This document shows, piece after piece, positions 27,601 through 39,600 of a DNA stretch of 64,000 bases (within the stretch, counting starts at the first letter, position 1; each line of letters begins with the position of its first letter). Where the stretch lies: positions 47,988,001 through 48,052,000 of the forward strand of contig NC_090335.1 of the NCBI RefSeq assembly GCF_035084215.1, given 5' to 3'. The stretch comes from Heptranchias perlo (taxonomy: Eukaryota). The notes under the pieces are model-generated. The model saw only the letters and a list, made by a program, of their open reading frames with translations. It did no database searches and was not told the origin of the DNA. Both the position numbers and the translations under genes were made by a program.

Positions 27601-30600
27601 TTTACATTCTTTAAATAATTTCATACAAAAAATGTGATTGTTCTCATTTTTTAAAACTTAGTGGGGTTAGTTGTGATACATTTTGAACTGTCATGTTTTA
27701 TTAATCCCCATGCTGTAAATTTCATTGCAGTGTAGCAAGATTTTCCTTTTAGCCTCTATTAGCCTCATCATTGAACATTCCACCAAGGTGCCTATTCTGC
27801 TGCACTGAACTAGAACCAATTGATGAAATATTTTGTAGGACCCAGCAAAAGATAACATCGTTCTCCACTGACAGTCTCTTAAAGACACGCAGCCCTCTGA
27901 TTTTTCCTAGTTGCAGTTTGTTCATTTATCCATTGTATACGGAACTATTTTATTACCTTTTCCCTCTATAGATCAACCTTGCAGTCATATCTGAAGAGAC
28001 ATGAGGGCAAGGATTACAAAGCTGATTCATCACTGGGTGCTGATAATCCCTTCAACAGAGGTAAAAAAGCAAATTAAGTATTACCCTTTCGCTACAGATT
28101 TTAAAAAACTGCATATGCAATTAATTTGAAGTAAAGATAGAAAATGCTAGAAATACACAGCAGATAGGTCAGAGTCTGACTAAGGATCTGTACCTGAAAA
28201 TCAGCTTAACTTTTCCCTTTGCAGACACCGGAGCTGTTGTATATTTCTAGCACTTTCTGTTTTTATTTCATCTTTTCATTAGATTGTGTTGATGGAAAAT
28301 GCCTTTATGACTAGTAACATTTTGTTTCTGTAGAACTGTGTCTAAGTTTAGCTGTTGATGCGTTTTAGATGGGTGAGAAATTACAGAAACCTATTTAGAA
28401 ACAATTTTGATCTTAACTTGTATGATCTTTTAATTCAAGTATGTAGAAATGATCATGTGACTGATCATCTAACTTGAAAGATTTTAGTTATGTTTTAAAA
28501 TTGTGAATTTTTCTGGATGTCAATACTGGGTAATGAAACATTTACTACTCTTGTCAACTATTGTTGGCATCCATTATTGCTAGACCAGGTTTAGGACTAT
28601 CATATGTAAATTAAACATTCACCTACTCTACCTAATATTGCTACTTTCAGAAAGATAGCCCCTTATTTGTGCCACAGTAATTTTTTTCAACACTAGCCAT
28701 TTTTTTAATGGATGCTGAGTGAGATTATCAATTTGTGCCAAATTACAAGCAGTTTTGTACTCTGTACTTCTGGGAACTGAGTTAAGACTGCCCATCCTTT
28801 TTTCACATGGGGCCCTTACAACTAGCAAAAAGAGACAATGTCAGCCGGATGGATTGAAGTCCAAATTCCAGAGGTGAAAGTGATGTGGTAACCTACTACA
28901 TCAGTGCTTTATGATCTAGGTGTTCTCTCATTTTCTATTAAGGAAACAGCCTGCTGGAGAGATGTATTGTGTAAGGTTTCTGTCAGAAAAGACCCCCTCA
29001 GAATGCCTAAAGGATTTGGCTTTGTCCAGCCATTACTATGTTGAGCTAAGATCAGTATTACTTCATTCCAGATGCTGATTTTTGATGCTTCAAACTTAAC
29101 TTACAAATTTTTCGATCTTTGTTGCTTTCTTCATCCCTTTTGCCTGTTGTTCATGGTCTAATGTGTGCAACAAACAATGTTTGTCTTTAGATACTTGAAC
29201 TCAGTATTTATTCTGTAGTTTATTTTAATGTCCTTTGTGATTTTAAAGTTTTGCATATGTGCCATTGTAGAAATCATATTGCTGAATAATATACAATCTT
29301 TTTTTTTAAAAAAAGGTTCATGACCATTTTGCATTTTGATTTCTCTTGTTTTCATTCAGTAGCTCGAGAGTTTGGAATTGAGTCTGCCAATGGTGGTCCT
29401 TCCTCATCCCAGAAGGCTTCTCACACTTCAAGTACTGTCCACATCTTATCCTTACTGCTCAGGCTTCGACAGTGCTGCTGTCACCTCTCTCTGCTGAAGA
29501 TGGTAAGAAATGATTGCCCCCATGTATGTTGAGAACCACATAAAATACAAAAGAATGTGCAAATGAACAAATGCCACCTTTTAAAATGAAAAATATTCAC
29601 AGTGTAAACATTTCTGAGGATAGACTTTTTTTTTAAGAAATCCAAGTTTGCAACTTTGTGACTGGGGTGCAAGTGGAGGAATCCTAATAAAGATTAGATA
29701 TCAGATTTGTCCCTTACCTTGGAGAGTTCTAGTGGAAGATGTGAATATTGTTCCATTCAGTAATTGAATCTTCCTTTATGTAACACACGGCTGAAGTTGT
29801 GCCTGGCTGAAGACTGGACTCCAGACTGCAATCAAGGCTGCATTGATCCAATGAACATCCTTTTTATGGTGGCATTAGCATGATCAAAAGATGATCATTT
29901 TTCCATCAGTACTGTCAGAGAGCAGAGAATTAAAATTGGCTATCTTCTGCCAGCACTCAGGTTTGCTTAGCAGGAGCGAAAAGAACACACAAGCAAATAC
30001 AGATGGTGGAGGCCATTCGGTCCATCTAACTTGTCTCCTCCAAAAATGAAATCTGCAACTGCATCCACCAACATATTTTGGCTATATTTCTATTTTTAAA
30101 ATGATGTTTGTCTTGAATTACAGGCACTCAGTCAAACAGAGATGGAATCTGAGGGCATCACCCTCTCACTGGAGGAGCAGCTGAATGCATTATCATTGTC
30201 AGAGGTCACAACCTCTGACACCGAGTCATCGGTTACCCTGCATGGTACCAGCTTCAAAGCAAACCTGTTTGAGAACACTAGGAAGAGCACTAAGGTATGT
30301 TGGAATGTTTCAGAGCATTAAATTGTGAAATTATTTCTTTCCAAGCGGAATTTGAGTAAAATATACAATTTTTATAAACATTTTGCTGTGTTCATGAACA
30401 AAAGAAAGAGCTTGCATCTTTGACTGTGTTTCTCTGAAGCACTATGAGATGTTTTCTACGTTAATTGCGATACAAGTGCAAGTTGTTGTTGTTATGTCAT
30501 CACGGTTTTGGTATCCCAGTAACTGCCTCACATTCAGTGAATTACTCTTAAAGTGCAGTCACTGTTATACAGAGGATTGTGGCAACCGACTTGCCAAACG

Positions 30601-33600
30601 GCAGTATCCCACAAAATGAGATGAATGACCAGATAATCTGTTTTTTGATCGTGTTGGTTGAGGAAGGAGCATCATTCAGGAGACTGGGAGTACTTGCTGC
30701 TGTTTGAATAATGCGAGTCCTTGAATCCACCCAACATTACATAACCAATCCTCAAGTATTCATGTGGACCATTTTAAACTTAAATACCAATTACATTTAT
30801 TATGTATGATAGGTCAGCCTAAATTGAGATTTAAATGGTGGGGAAAATACTGTTGAAGTTAAAATAACTTTGCAAAAGATTGCAAGAGAATGATTACACA
30901 ACAACCTGTATTTATATACTACCTTAACGTAGAAAAACGTTCTAAGGAAAAATGGACCCTGAGCCAAAGGAGAGATTAGGAGGAGTGACCAAAAGTTTGG
31001 TCAAAAAGGTAGGCTTTGCGGAGGTGGAGAGGCAGAGGAAATTCTAGAGCATAGCACCTAGATGGCTGAAGGCACAATTGCCAGTGGTAGGGTGAAGGGA
31101 GGGGGGGATATCCAAGAGGTTGGAGTCAGAGGAATGTGGAATTATAAGGCTGGAGAAGATTACACGGGTAGAGAGGGATGAGGCCATGGAGGGATTTAAA
31201 TGCAAGAATGAGAATTTTAAATTTGAGGTGTTGGATGACCAAGAGCCGATGTAGATCAGTGAGGACGGTGATGATAGGCTAGCGGGATTTCACCTGGGAC
31301 AAAATACAGGTATCAGAGTTTTGGATAAGCTGAAGTTTATGAAGGGTGGAGGGTGGGAGGCCGGCCAGGAGGGCATTGGGGTAATTGAATCTGGAGGTGA
31401 CAAAGGAATGTAAGGGATTTGGTGGAAGATGAGCTAGGGTAGGGATGAAAGTGGACACTGTTAGCGCTGGAAGCAAGTGGTCTTCATGATGGAGAGACTA
31501 TGGGGCTCGAAGCTTAGCTCAGGATCAAACATGTTGCCGAGGTTGCATACAGTCTGCTTCAGCCTAAGATGATGGTCAGGGAATGGGAGAGATTCTGTGG
31601 CAAGGGTTTGGAGTTTGTGGTGGGTGCTGGAGAAAATTACGGCTCATCCAAGATTGGATGCTGGACAAGGAGAGGCAATGGAGAGGTCGAGAGGTGGTGG
31701 CAGAGGTAGAGCTGGGTGTCATCAGTGTACTTGTGGAAGATGACCCTTATCTACAGATGATGGCAACATGTACTCAAGAAAGTGCGGCCAAGGTTAGATC
31801 CTTGGAGAAATTGGAGGTAACCGTGCAGGGATGGGAAGAGAAACCATTGCTCAACATGCTCAGGCTCCAGATATTAAATAAGGCACAATTTACTCTAAGC
31901 TTGTTGTAAGCTCAAGCATAAAGCCTTAAAGGATACATAGCTTATAAATTATTTCAGTCAATAAAATAAAGAACTAATGACTTGTTGAAGTTGCCAACTA
32001 TGGACCACAAATGTATCGGTTGAATAATTTGTTTTACATCAATTTTCTCTTTACATTCTGTTCCTATTATTGTCAGATCTCTGCACTATTAAAAGAACTA
32101 AAAGCAATAAGAAGTAGCCCGGAACCACAGAAAAGGTACATTTCCAAGAAGGCTTCATTTTTCAGGAAATGAATTAGATAATGGGAAGTTTTTTTTGCCA
32201 AGTATAATGAAAGCTGTGCATCTTTGTATTTTTCTATGAAGCACTATGGCTGTGGAAATGTTACTGAACATAGAGACCTGAAATTCCACACTGCAATTTG
32301 CATTAATAAATAGAGATTTAGGCCTGCCAGTACTCTGCAGAGCTGAATCGCTATAAAATGAAGGGTCAGCTCAATTAAATATCTACTGGTGGCTCTCGTG
32401 TAAGTGGAGAGCACTATGCTGGGGATTTTTGCAAATTAAGAGTGCAGCATTTAAAAAGCCAAGTCTGGCTAAAGATTGTAACAGCAGGCCACGGGGAGTA
32501 GCAGGTAAGTAGAAAAATGCTTGGCTCCCTGAGTTCATTGCCCATTAGCTGCATTCGATGGGGTAGGGAAATAGAAGGGGCAACCCTGACATTAAGAAGC
32601 TCACCCTCTATGGGGAACATGCATTGGAGCTGCTGGGGATGCATTCTCTGCTCCAGCTGTGTGGGATGGTGAAGGCGGTAGCCCATTGTTGGTACCAAAT
32701 TAGTGCAGCATATCTACCGTGTGATTTTTGTTCCATTTTTCAATAATGTCCCCAATAGAGGATCTGGCAAAGACAAGACAAAAAGGAACAAAAGAAGGGC
32801 ACAACATTTTATTGAGATGGACCTTCAAACCCTTCTGTGTTTCAGAAAAGGATAGAGAATCTGCTGAGTCCCAATGGGAGGGGAAAAAAAGTCATGTGGA
32901 GAGAGGCCAACTCTCTTGCCCCCAGAACTGCAGACCAGTGCTGCAAGAAATGCAATGGCTTGATAAGGGCAGGCAAGGTAACACACTGGCTGTTCTCTCT
33001 TCTTCCTGGGGTAGCAGCATGCTTTTCATCCTCTAAAATTAAGAGCAGCACAAATAACACTTCATGTTGGACTCTTGATTAAGGGGGGCACTAACTCAGA
33101 ATCTTACAATTTGTGTCCTCATCTCCCCTAGCAGCAATTGCCCATAGAATCTTAACCCCTCCCCCCCCCCCCCAATCACTTTACCACCGTGATATCAGCA
33201 GGTTCCCTATGACAGCTATCTAATGCCATCTTGGAAACAGCACTCAATTCTAATTCACTTTAACTTGTTTCAAGATAAAGTTGTACACAATGCCCAGAAG
33301 AGATGGGTGGCCACGGGGCATCCCCGACATGAAGGAGCTCACCCACTATGAGAAATAGGCCATGAAGCTGCTGGGGTGGCACTCTACTCTAGCTGTGAGA
33401 GATGGCTGGGCTGGTGGCATAGTGCCACCGCCACGTTTGCAGGTGCCCACTTACACGGGCATCTCTGAAGCAACAGAGAAGCGCAACCTTCCACATCCTT
33501 CTGTCTTTTTAAATCCGAGGGAGTTATGCTTACGCATTCTTTGCTTGTACTCCCCTTTCCAGTAGATCCAATGCAGCAATGGGGACAAATGATGAGAATG

Positions 33601-36600
33601 ATGATGAACAGAAAAGAAGAGAAATCATTCTTGTGGACTGTGAGGATGACTATGCTGAGGGGGGTAATAACGAGAGAGAGGATGTGATGGTCATGCTGTG
33701 CAGAAAAGTGCATCAGTCACCTGACATATGCATGGCCAATATTACACAGATTCCCACGTGCCTGCCTGAAATGACCTGGTGCCATAAACATTGAGTGCGG
33801 TTGTGACCTTTTTAGCCACAAACAGCTGCAGGGCAGATGACCATGCCTACAAGCCTTTATGCAGCTCTTCTATTGCCTCTTTGGTGACATGCATCCTTCA
33901 ATATGCATTCCCTCACTAAGGTATTCATAGGACCTATGTTACATATATATTTTTTGGGGGTGGGGGGAGGCAATATCTTGTAGGGTTCTTCCTCAAATGC
34001 TGCCTCACTCTTCTTTCCTACATCCTCTCCCTCTCCTCCTCCTTCATAATAATGGCATATATAGGTATGTTCATAGAGAATGGCATGTATGTTCCTGAGA
34101 AGCACTCCTTTGGTGGGAGAGGGAGGCAAAATATCAAGGTGGTCTTGCACTCCTACAGACGTGATGTGGAGATGCCGGTGATGGACTGGGGTTGACAATT
34201 GTAAACAATTTTACAACACCAAGTTATAGTCCAGCAATTTTATTTTAAATTCACAAGCTTTCGGAGATTTTCTCCTTCCTCAGGCAAATGTTTCAAGATC
34301 TCCTTGAAGCCTACGCATTTATACATATTGAACAATAAAACATGGTGTTTACAGACTGCCCCTGCAACTGCCCGTTGCCAAGGCAATCACCGTGTTCAGA
34401 CAGAGAGGTGTTACCTGCAGAACCTCCGAATACACATTCAACAAAAAAACAAACAGGGAAAAAAAACAGAGAGAAAAAAAAAACACAGAGAGAGGCAGAA
34501 ACATCCGGAAGGCAGAGAGAGCCAGCAAATGACCCATTATATTAAAAACAGATAACATTTGTTCGCTGGTGGGGTAACGTGTAGCGTGACATGAACCCAA
34601 GATCCCGGTTGAGGCCGTCCTCATGGGTGCGGAACTTGGCTATCAATTTCTGCTCGACAATTTTGCGTTGTCGTGTGTCTCGAAGGCCGCCTTGGAGTAC
34701 GCTTACCCGAAGGTCGGTGGATGAATGTCCATGACTGCTGAAGTGTTCCCCGACTGGGAGGGAACCCTCCTGTTTGGCGATTGTTGCGCGGTGTCCGTTC
34801 ATCCGTTGTCCGTTCATCCGGTGTCCGTTCATCCGTTCATGCAGACGCTGCGACAACGGATGAACGGACACCGCGCAACAATCGCCAAACAGGAGGGTTC
34901 CCTCCCAGTCGGGGAACACTTCAGCAGTCATGGACATTCATCCACCGACCTTCGGGTAAGCGTACTCCAAGGCGGCCTTCGAGACACACGACAACGCAAA
35001 ATTGTCGAGCAGAAATTGATAGCCAAGTTCCGCACCCATGAGGACGGCCTCAACCGGGATCTTGGGTTCATGTCACGCTACACGTTACCCCACCAGCGAA
35101 CAAATGTTATCTGTTTTTAATATAATGGGTCATTTGCTGGCTCTCTCTGCCTTCCGGATGTTTCTGCCTCTCTCTGTGTTTTTTTTTTCTCTCTGTTTTT
35201 TTTCCCTGTTTGTTTTTTTGTTGAATGTGTATTCGGAGGTTCTGCAGGTAACACCTCTCTGTCTGAACACGGTGATTGCCTTGGCAACGGGCAGTTGCAG
35301 GGGCAGTCTGTAAACACCATGTTTTATTGTTCAATATGTATAAATGCGTAGGCTTCAAGGAGATCTTGAAACATTTGCCTGAGGAAGGAGAAAATCTCCG
35401 AAAGCTTGTGAATTTAAAATAAAATTGCTGGACTATAACTTGGTGTTGTAAAATTGTTTACAACTCCTACAGACAGTCAGGAGCAAGTCCAAGACTCAAA
35501 GCTAGAAAAAACATCATTCCCAGCTGCAGTAATCACTACTCAAACTTTCAGCTGTCCTCAGCCTCAAGAGCTCCTCGCTTTCGCCAGTGTCAGCTGATCC
35601 TAGCAGCAGCTGTGCCTTTTTAAATTTGTTTTGGGGATTTAGGTGGCACTGACAAGGCCATGTTGTTGGCCATCCCTATTATGCCTGAGAAGGTGGTGGT
35701 GGGTCTTCTCCTGGAACTGTTGCAATCCTTGTGACTGTGGTGCTCCCACAAAGTGTTAAATAGGGAATTCTGGGATGTCAGGATAGCGTATCACTTGGAG
35801 GTGTTTCCACGACATTGCTGCTCTTCAAAAGCAAAATACTGCAGATGCTGGAAATCTGAAATAAAAACAGAAAATGCTGGAAAAGCTCAGCAAGAGAGGC
35901 AGCATCTCTGGAGAAACAGTGTTAACGTTTCAGGTCGAAGACCTTTCGTCAGACCTGGAAGATGTTAGAGTGCTGCTCTTGTCCTTCTCGTTGACAAGAG
36001 GTCGCAGGGGAGGGAGGTGCTGTTGAAGTAACCTTGGTGAGTTGCTGCAGTGCGTCCTGTGGATTATACATACTGCAGCCATATTGTGTTGGTAGTGAAG
36101 GGGGTGGATTTTGAGTCCAGTAACAGGGGCAGCAATCAACTGAACTGCTTTATCCTGGAAGGTGTCGAGCATCTTGTTGCCACACCCATACAGACAAGTG
36201 GTGAGTAGTGTATTACATTCCTGACTTGAGCTTTGTAAATGGTGAATAGGCTTTGAGAGTTATGGGGATGTGCTACTCATCACAGCAAATTGACTGTTGT
36301 GTTTGCCTATGTTACAAGAGTGACTATAATTCAGTGGTAATTCATTGGCTGTAAAGTGCTTAGGGGACATCCTGAGGACATAAAAGGAGCTATATAAAAT
36401 GCTCTTTTCTCATTCAATTCACTCACCAATATTTTCCATGTCTGCCAGTTTGATTGTGGTAGAATCAGTATCTGAATTGGACCTTTATGTATGCAACTAT
36501 TTGTATTATCTTGTGCTGTCTCTTTCACTTTCCCATTTTCAATAGTTTCTTAATGTACAAACAAATCAAATGTTGAGGCTGTGTTTACCATTTTGTTGTA

Positions 36601-39600
36601 TGTAACTATTGGTCATTTCTCTCTCAGTGTAATAATTTCTCAGTGGACCAGCATGCTGCGCGTGGTGGCAGGGCACTTGGATCGAATCAGCCTGACCTAT
36701 GTTACTTTGGATGGCTCTGTGACTCCTAAACATCGTATGGACTTGGTGGAGGAATTTAACACTAACCCTAAAGGACCTCAGGTACCAGCTGGCTGCTCTT
36801 TTGGGTTTTCTTTTGGGGGAGCAGACCTATAAAAGATCCACAGTTCCAGAATACTACGGGAGCTTTGTTTTCTTTCCAATTTTCTTCCTTGAAAGAGCTG
36901 ATGGGTGGTAAAGTACAATTGTTGGCATTCCTCTAGTAGCTTACAGATTTGTGGACTTTGAGTGAGGTTAGGCTGGGCTTAACTTTGGTGCATACACCTT
37001 CCCCTTAACCCCCCCCCCCCACCCCGGCAAGTAGCCTTCCAGTATTTACAGTCTAACCTCGCATAGAAAGAATGGATACTTGGGTGAAGTACTAGAACAC
37101 TGCTGGCACCCATGGGACCATACCCCAGCATCTTTGAGAGGAGGAAAGGAAAATCTTCACATTTTGCACAGTGGACAGTGGTTTGCATGCAGTGGTTTAT
37201 ATATCACAAATTTCAACAATGGGGCCCATTGCTAAAAATTTAATTTAAGTTCAGTCCGATGACCTGTTGGGAATTCTACTGAGAGAGTCAAATCGACTTT
37301 GTTAACTGTTTGTTATGTGCACTGATTATTTAAATATGGCTGTCATGTGTAGTTTCTATGACTTTGTTATCTTGGGCACACTTCCTTTCTAAATGCTTTC
37401 TCTCTTATCACAGGTCATGTTGGTCTCTCTGTGTGCTGGGGGTGTGGGTTTGAATCTCATTGGAGGCAACCACCTTTTCCTGTTAGATATGCACTGGTAA
37501 GATTAATGGTCAGCAGTAATGCAGATGGTCACAGACTATATTAAAATGTGATATTGGAAGGAAGGACACCTATTCCTTGCTGGAATGTTTGACAAATGCT
37601 GCTGAGCGGCTTTGGTTGCCTGCTATTCATTGAAGTAGCAAGCATTTTGAGCTTGACATATTAACACCTGTGATGTATTTGTATATTTGTTATATTTAAT
37701 GTAAGATTAGTTTTACACTGCTGCTTAGAAACAACTACCTGATTGCAAACATTTTAATCTCCTGTATTAATTCCTATTAATACCACAATACTTCAAATGT
37801 GTGCCTGGCAATTTTGGCATGATTTACAGAAGTCATTAGATATAAGCGACCAATTATTTGCATGTCTCAATTCAATCTGATTAGCATCCTCGATTAATGC
37901 ATTTCTTTAACATGTGCTTTTTAAAGATGGGACTTATGGAGCTGAATTTTACCTTCATTCATAGTAACCCTTCGGTTCTTGAATTGTTAAGGAATTTCTC
38001 CCTTTTTAAAATTTAATGAGTAATTAATTTCCTCCACTCGTTAGATTCTTCTGTTTACTCCAACTCATGCCCATTTCACGCACTGCTCCCTTAGATAAGA
38101 AGGCAGAAAGGTAACCTAGCTCCAGACCTCAACCAATGCTGCTCTGCTATCACATTAGAATCCTTTGTTGACTCTCTGAGTTTATTTGAAATGGTTTTTC
38201 CTACCTTTTTGGTAGTGAAGCCATCTCTGATCAGTGCTTGACTTCTCCCCCACCCACCCTGTTTCCCCATCCCATAGCTCAGCTGAGATTAGGGGTTCTC
38301 AGCCAGGGACCTATGTCCTAGCATTTCATCACAATTTGCTACCAGAGTAGCTTTAATTAACCAAATTCAATAATCTTATTAACAAAATTGATAGTTACCA
38401 ATTTGTATGACTGTTTAATGTATTGATAATGTGAATTGTTTATGAAGCCAACACTATTGGAACTGTGTATGCTTTCAATGTGTTTTATGCATCTTTTTGT
38501 CAAACTCCTTCACATTTCATTTGTCTCATGGTAGTACCTGCATGATATTTACAGGAGATGGTCACAGATTTGCTAGTTTGTCAGAAAAATAATGTCTTGA
38601 TGAATCTAAAACTGATATGGTATTAAAATTAATGGAGTCAACAAAATATATTGATTTATTGAATCCCTTCTGGACAGGTCAAACTCATGTATGCACTCAA
38701 TTGTGTTTTTAGGAATCCAGCACTGGAGGAGCAGGCATCTGATCGAATTTACCGTGTAGGGCAGCGCAAGAATGTCACTGTGCACAGGTAACTGAGAAGA
38801 CATCACACTAGAGATCCTGCATTCCCTTTCTGAGGGAGTGGAAATAAATGGGAAGGATAAATGAAAACCATTCAATCTAATTTTAATTTTGCATGACATT
38901 GATGCATTAGAAAATGAAATTCAGTACTAATTATGTTCAAACATACAGCTGCAATGCATTTGAATGAACCACCTGCTGGTTTATAAATCTGTCCTAGTAT
39001 ATATTGCAAACGGCTTCACAAATCAGGAAGTGGGACACCTGGCAGCCACTTCCATGACTACTCCGTGCTCCTAAAATTTCTCTTAGAGCAATTTCTCCTT
39101 AGTTTACCCGAGCTGCTGCTGCTTCTACTTTTACTGCTTAGAATTTAAACTTAAAAATGAAATAAAATAAAAACCTACATATATGCTCATTGTGCAATTT
39201 TTTTTTTTGCAAATATACTTTTTATATTCACATTAAATTTAGAATAGTGGGAGTCAGAGTAACAGCCAGATAAGTCAGGTGTGGGACGAAGAACAACTGA
39301 GGGGGAGGATGGCAGCAGTATGGACAGCAGGAACCTTGAGAATTCGGTTTGATACACCAGTTATAATGAAATCATTCTCTTTTTGAAAATTAGAATACTA
39401 ATTGAAGATGCATCTCTTGGATCAGTGAGTGCCACCAGCAGTAAAGCACTTTAGTATCTGCATTCTCAGTTCTTTTGAAAATGTTCATTTGAGTTCATGT
39501 ACAGAAAACCATCTACATCAGGGTGTAAGGCCTTGTTGAAAAGGACAGTGTGTGTTTCAGGTCAGGCTCATAATCTGCAGTCCCTGAAAATACAGCATTC

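Larger units (their letters stand above)
34161..35463. mobile_element. Penelope-like retroelement, inverted (palindromic) insertion carrying the GIY-YIG C-terminus and pLTRs
   Basis: Arms 34199-34810 and 34852-35463 are reverse complements. Encodes [46 protein letters not shown] actcctacagac at 34149-34160 and 35463-35474. Confidence 0.92.

Noticed and set aside
34791-34840. CRISPR-like or satellite array
   Set aside because: Eukaryotic context with only about three short reiterations at a retroelement inversion junction
38713-38787. QASDR in TTF2 motif VI as a loss-of-function change
   Set aside because: That position varies among SNF2 proteins; the key Q, DR and R-x-GQ residues are intact
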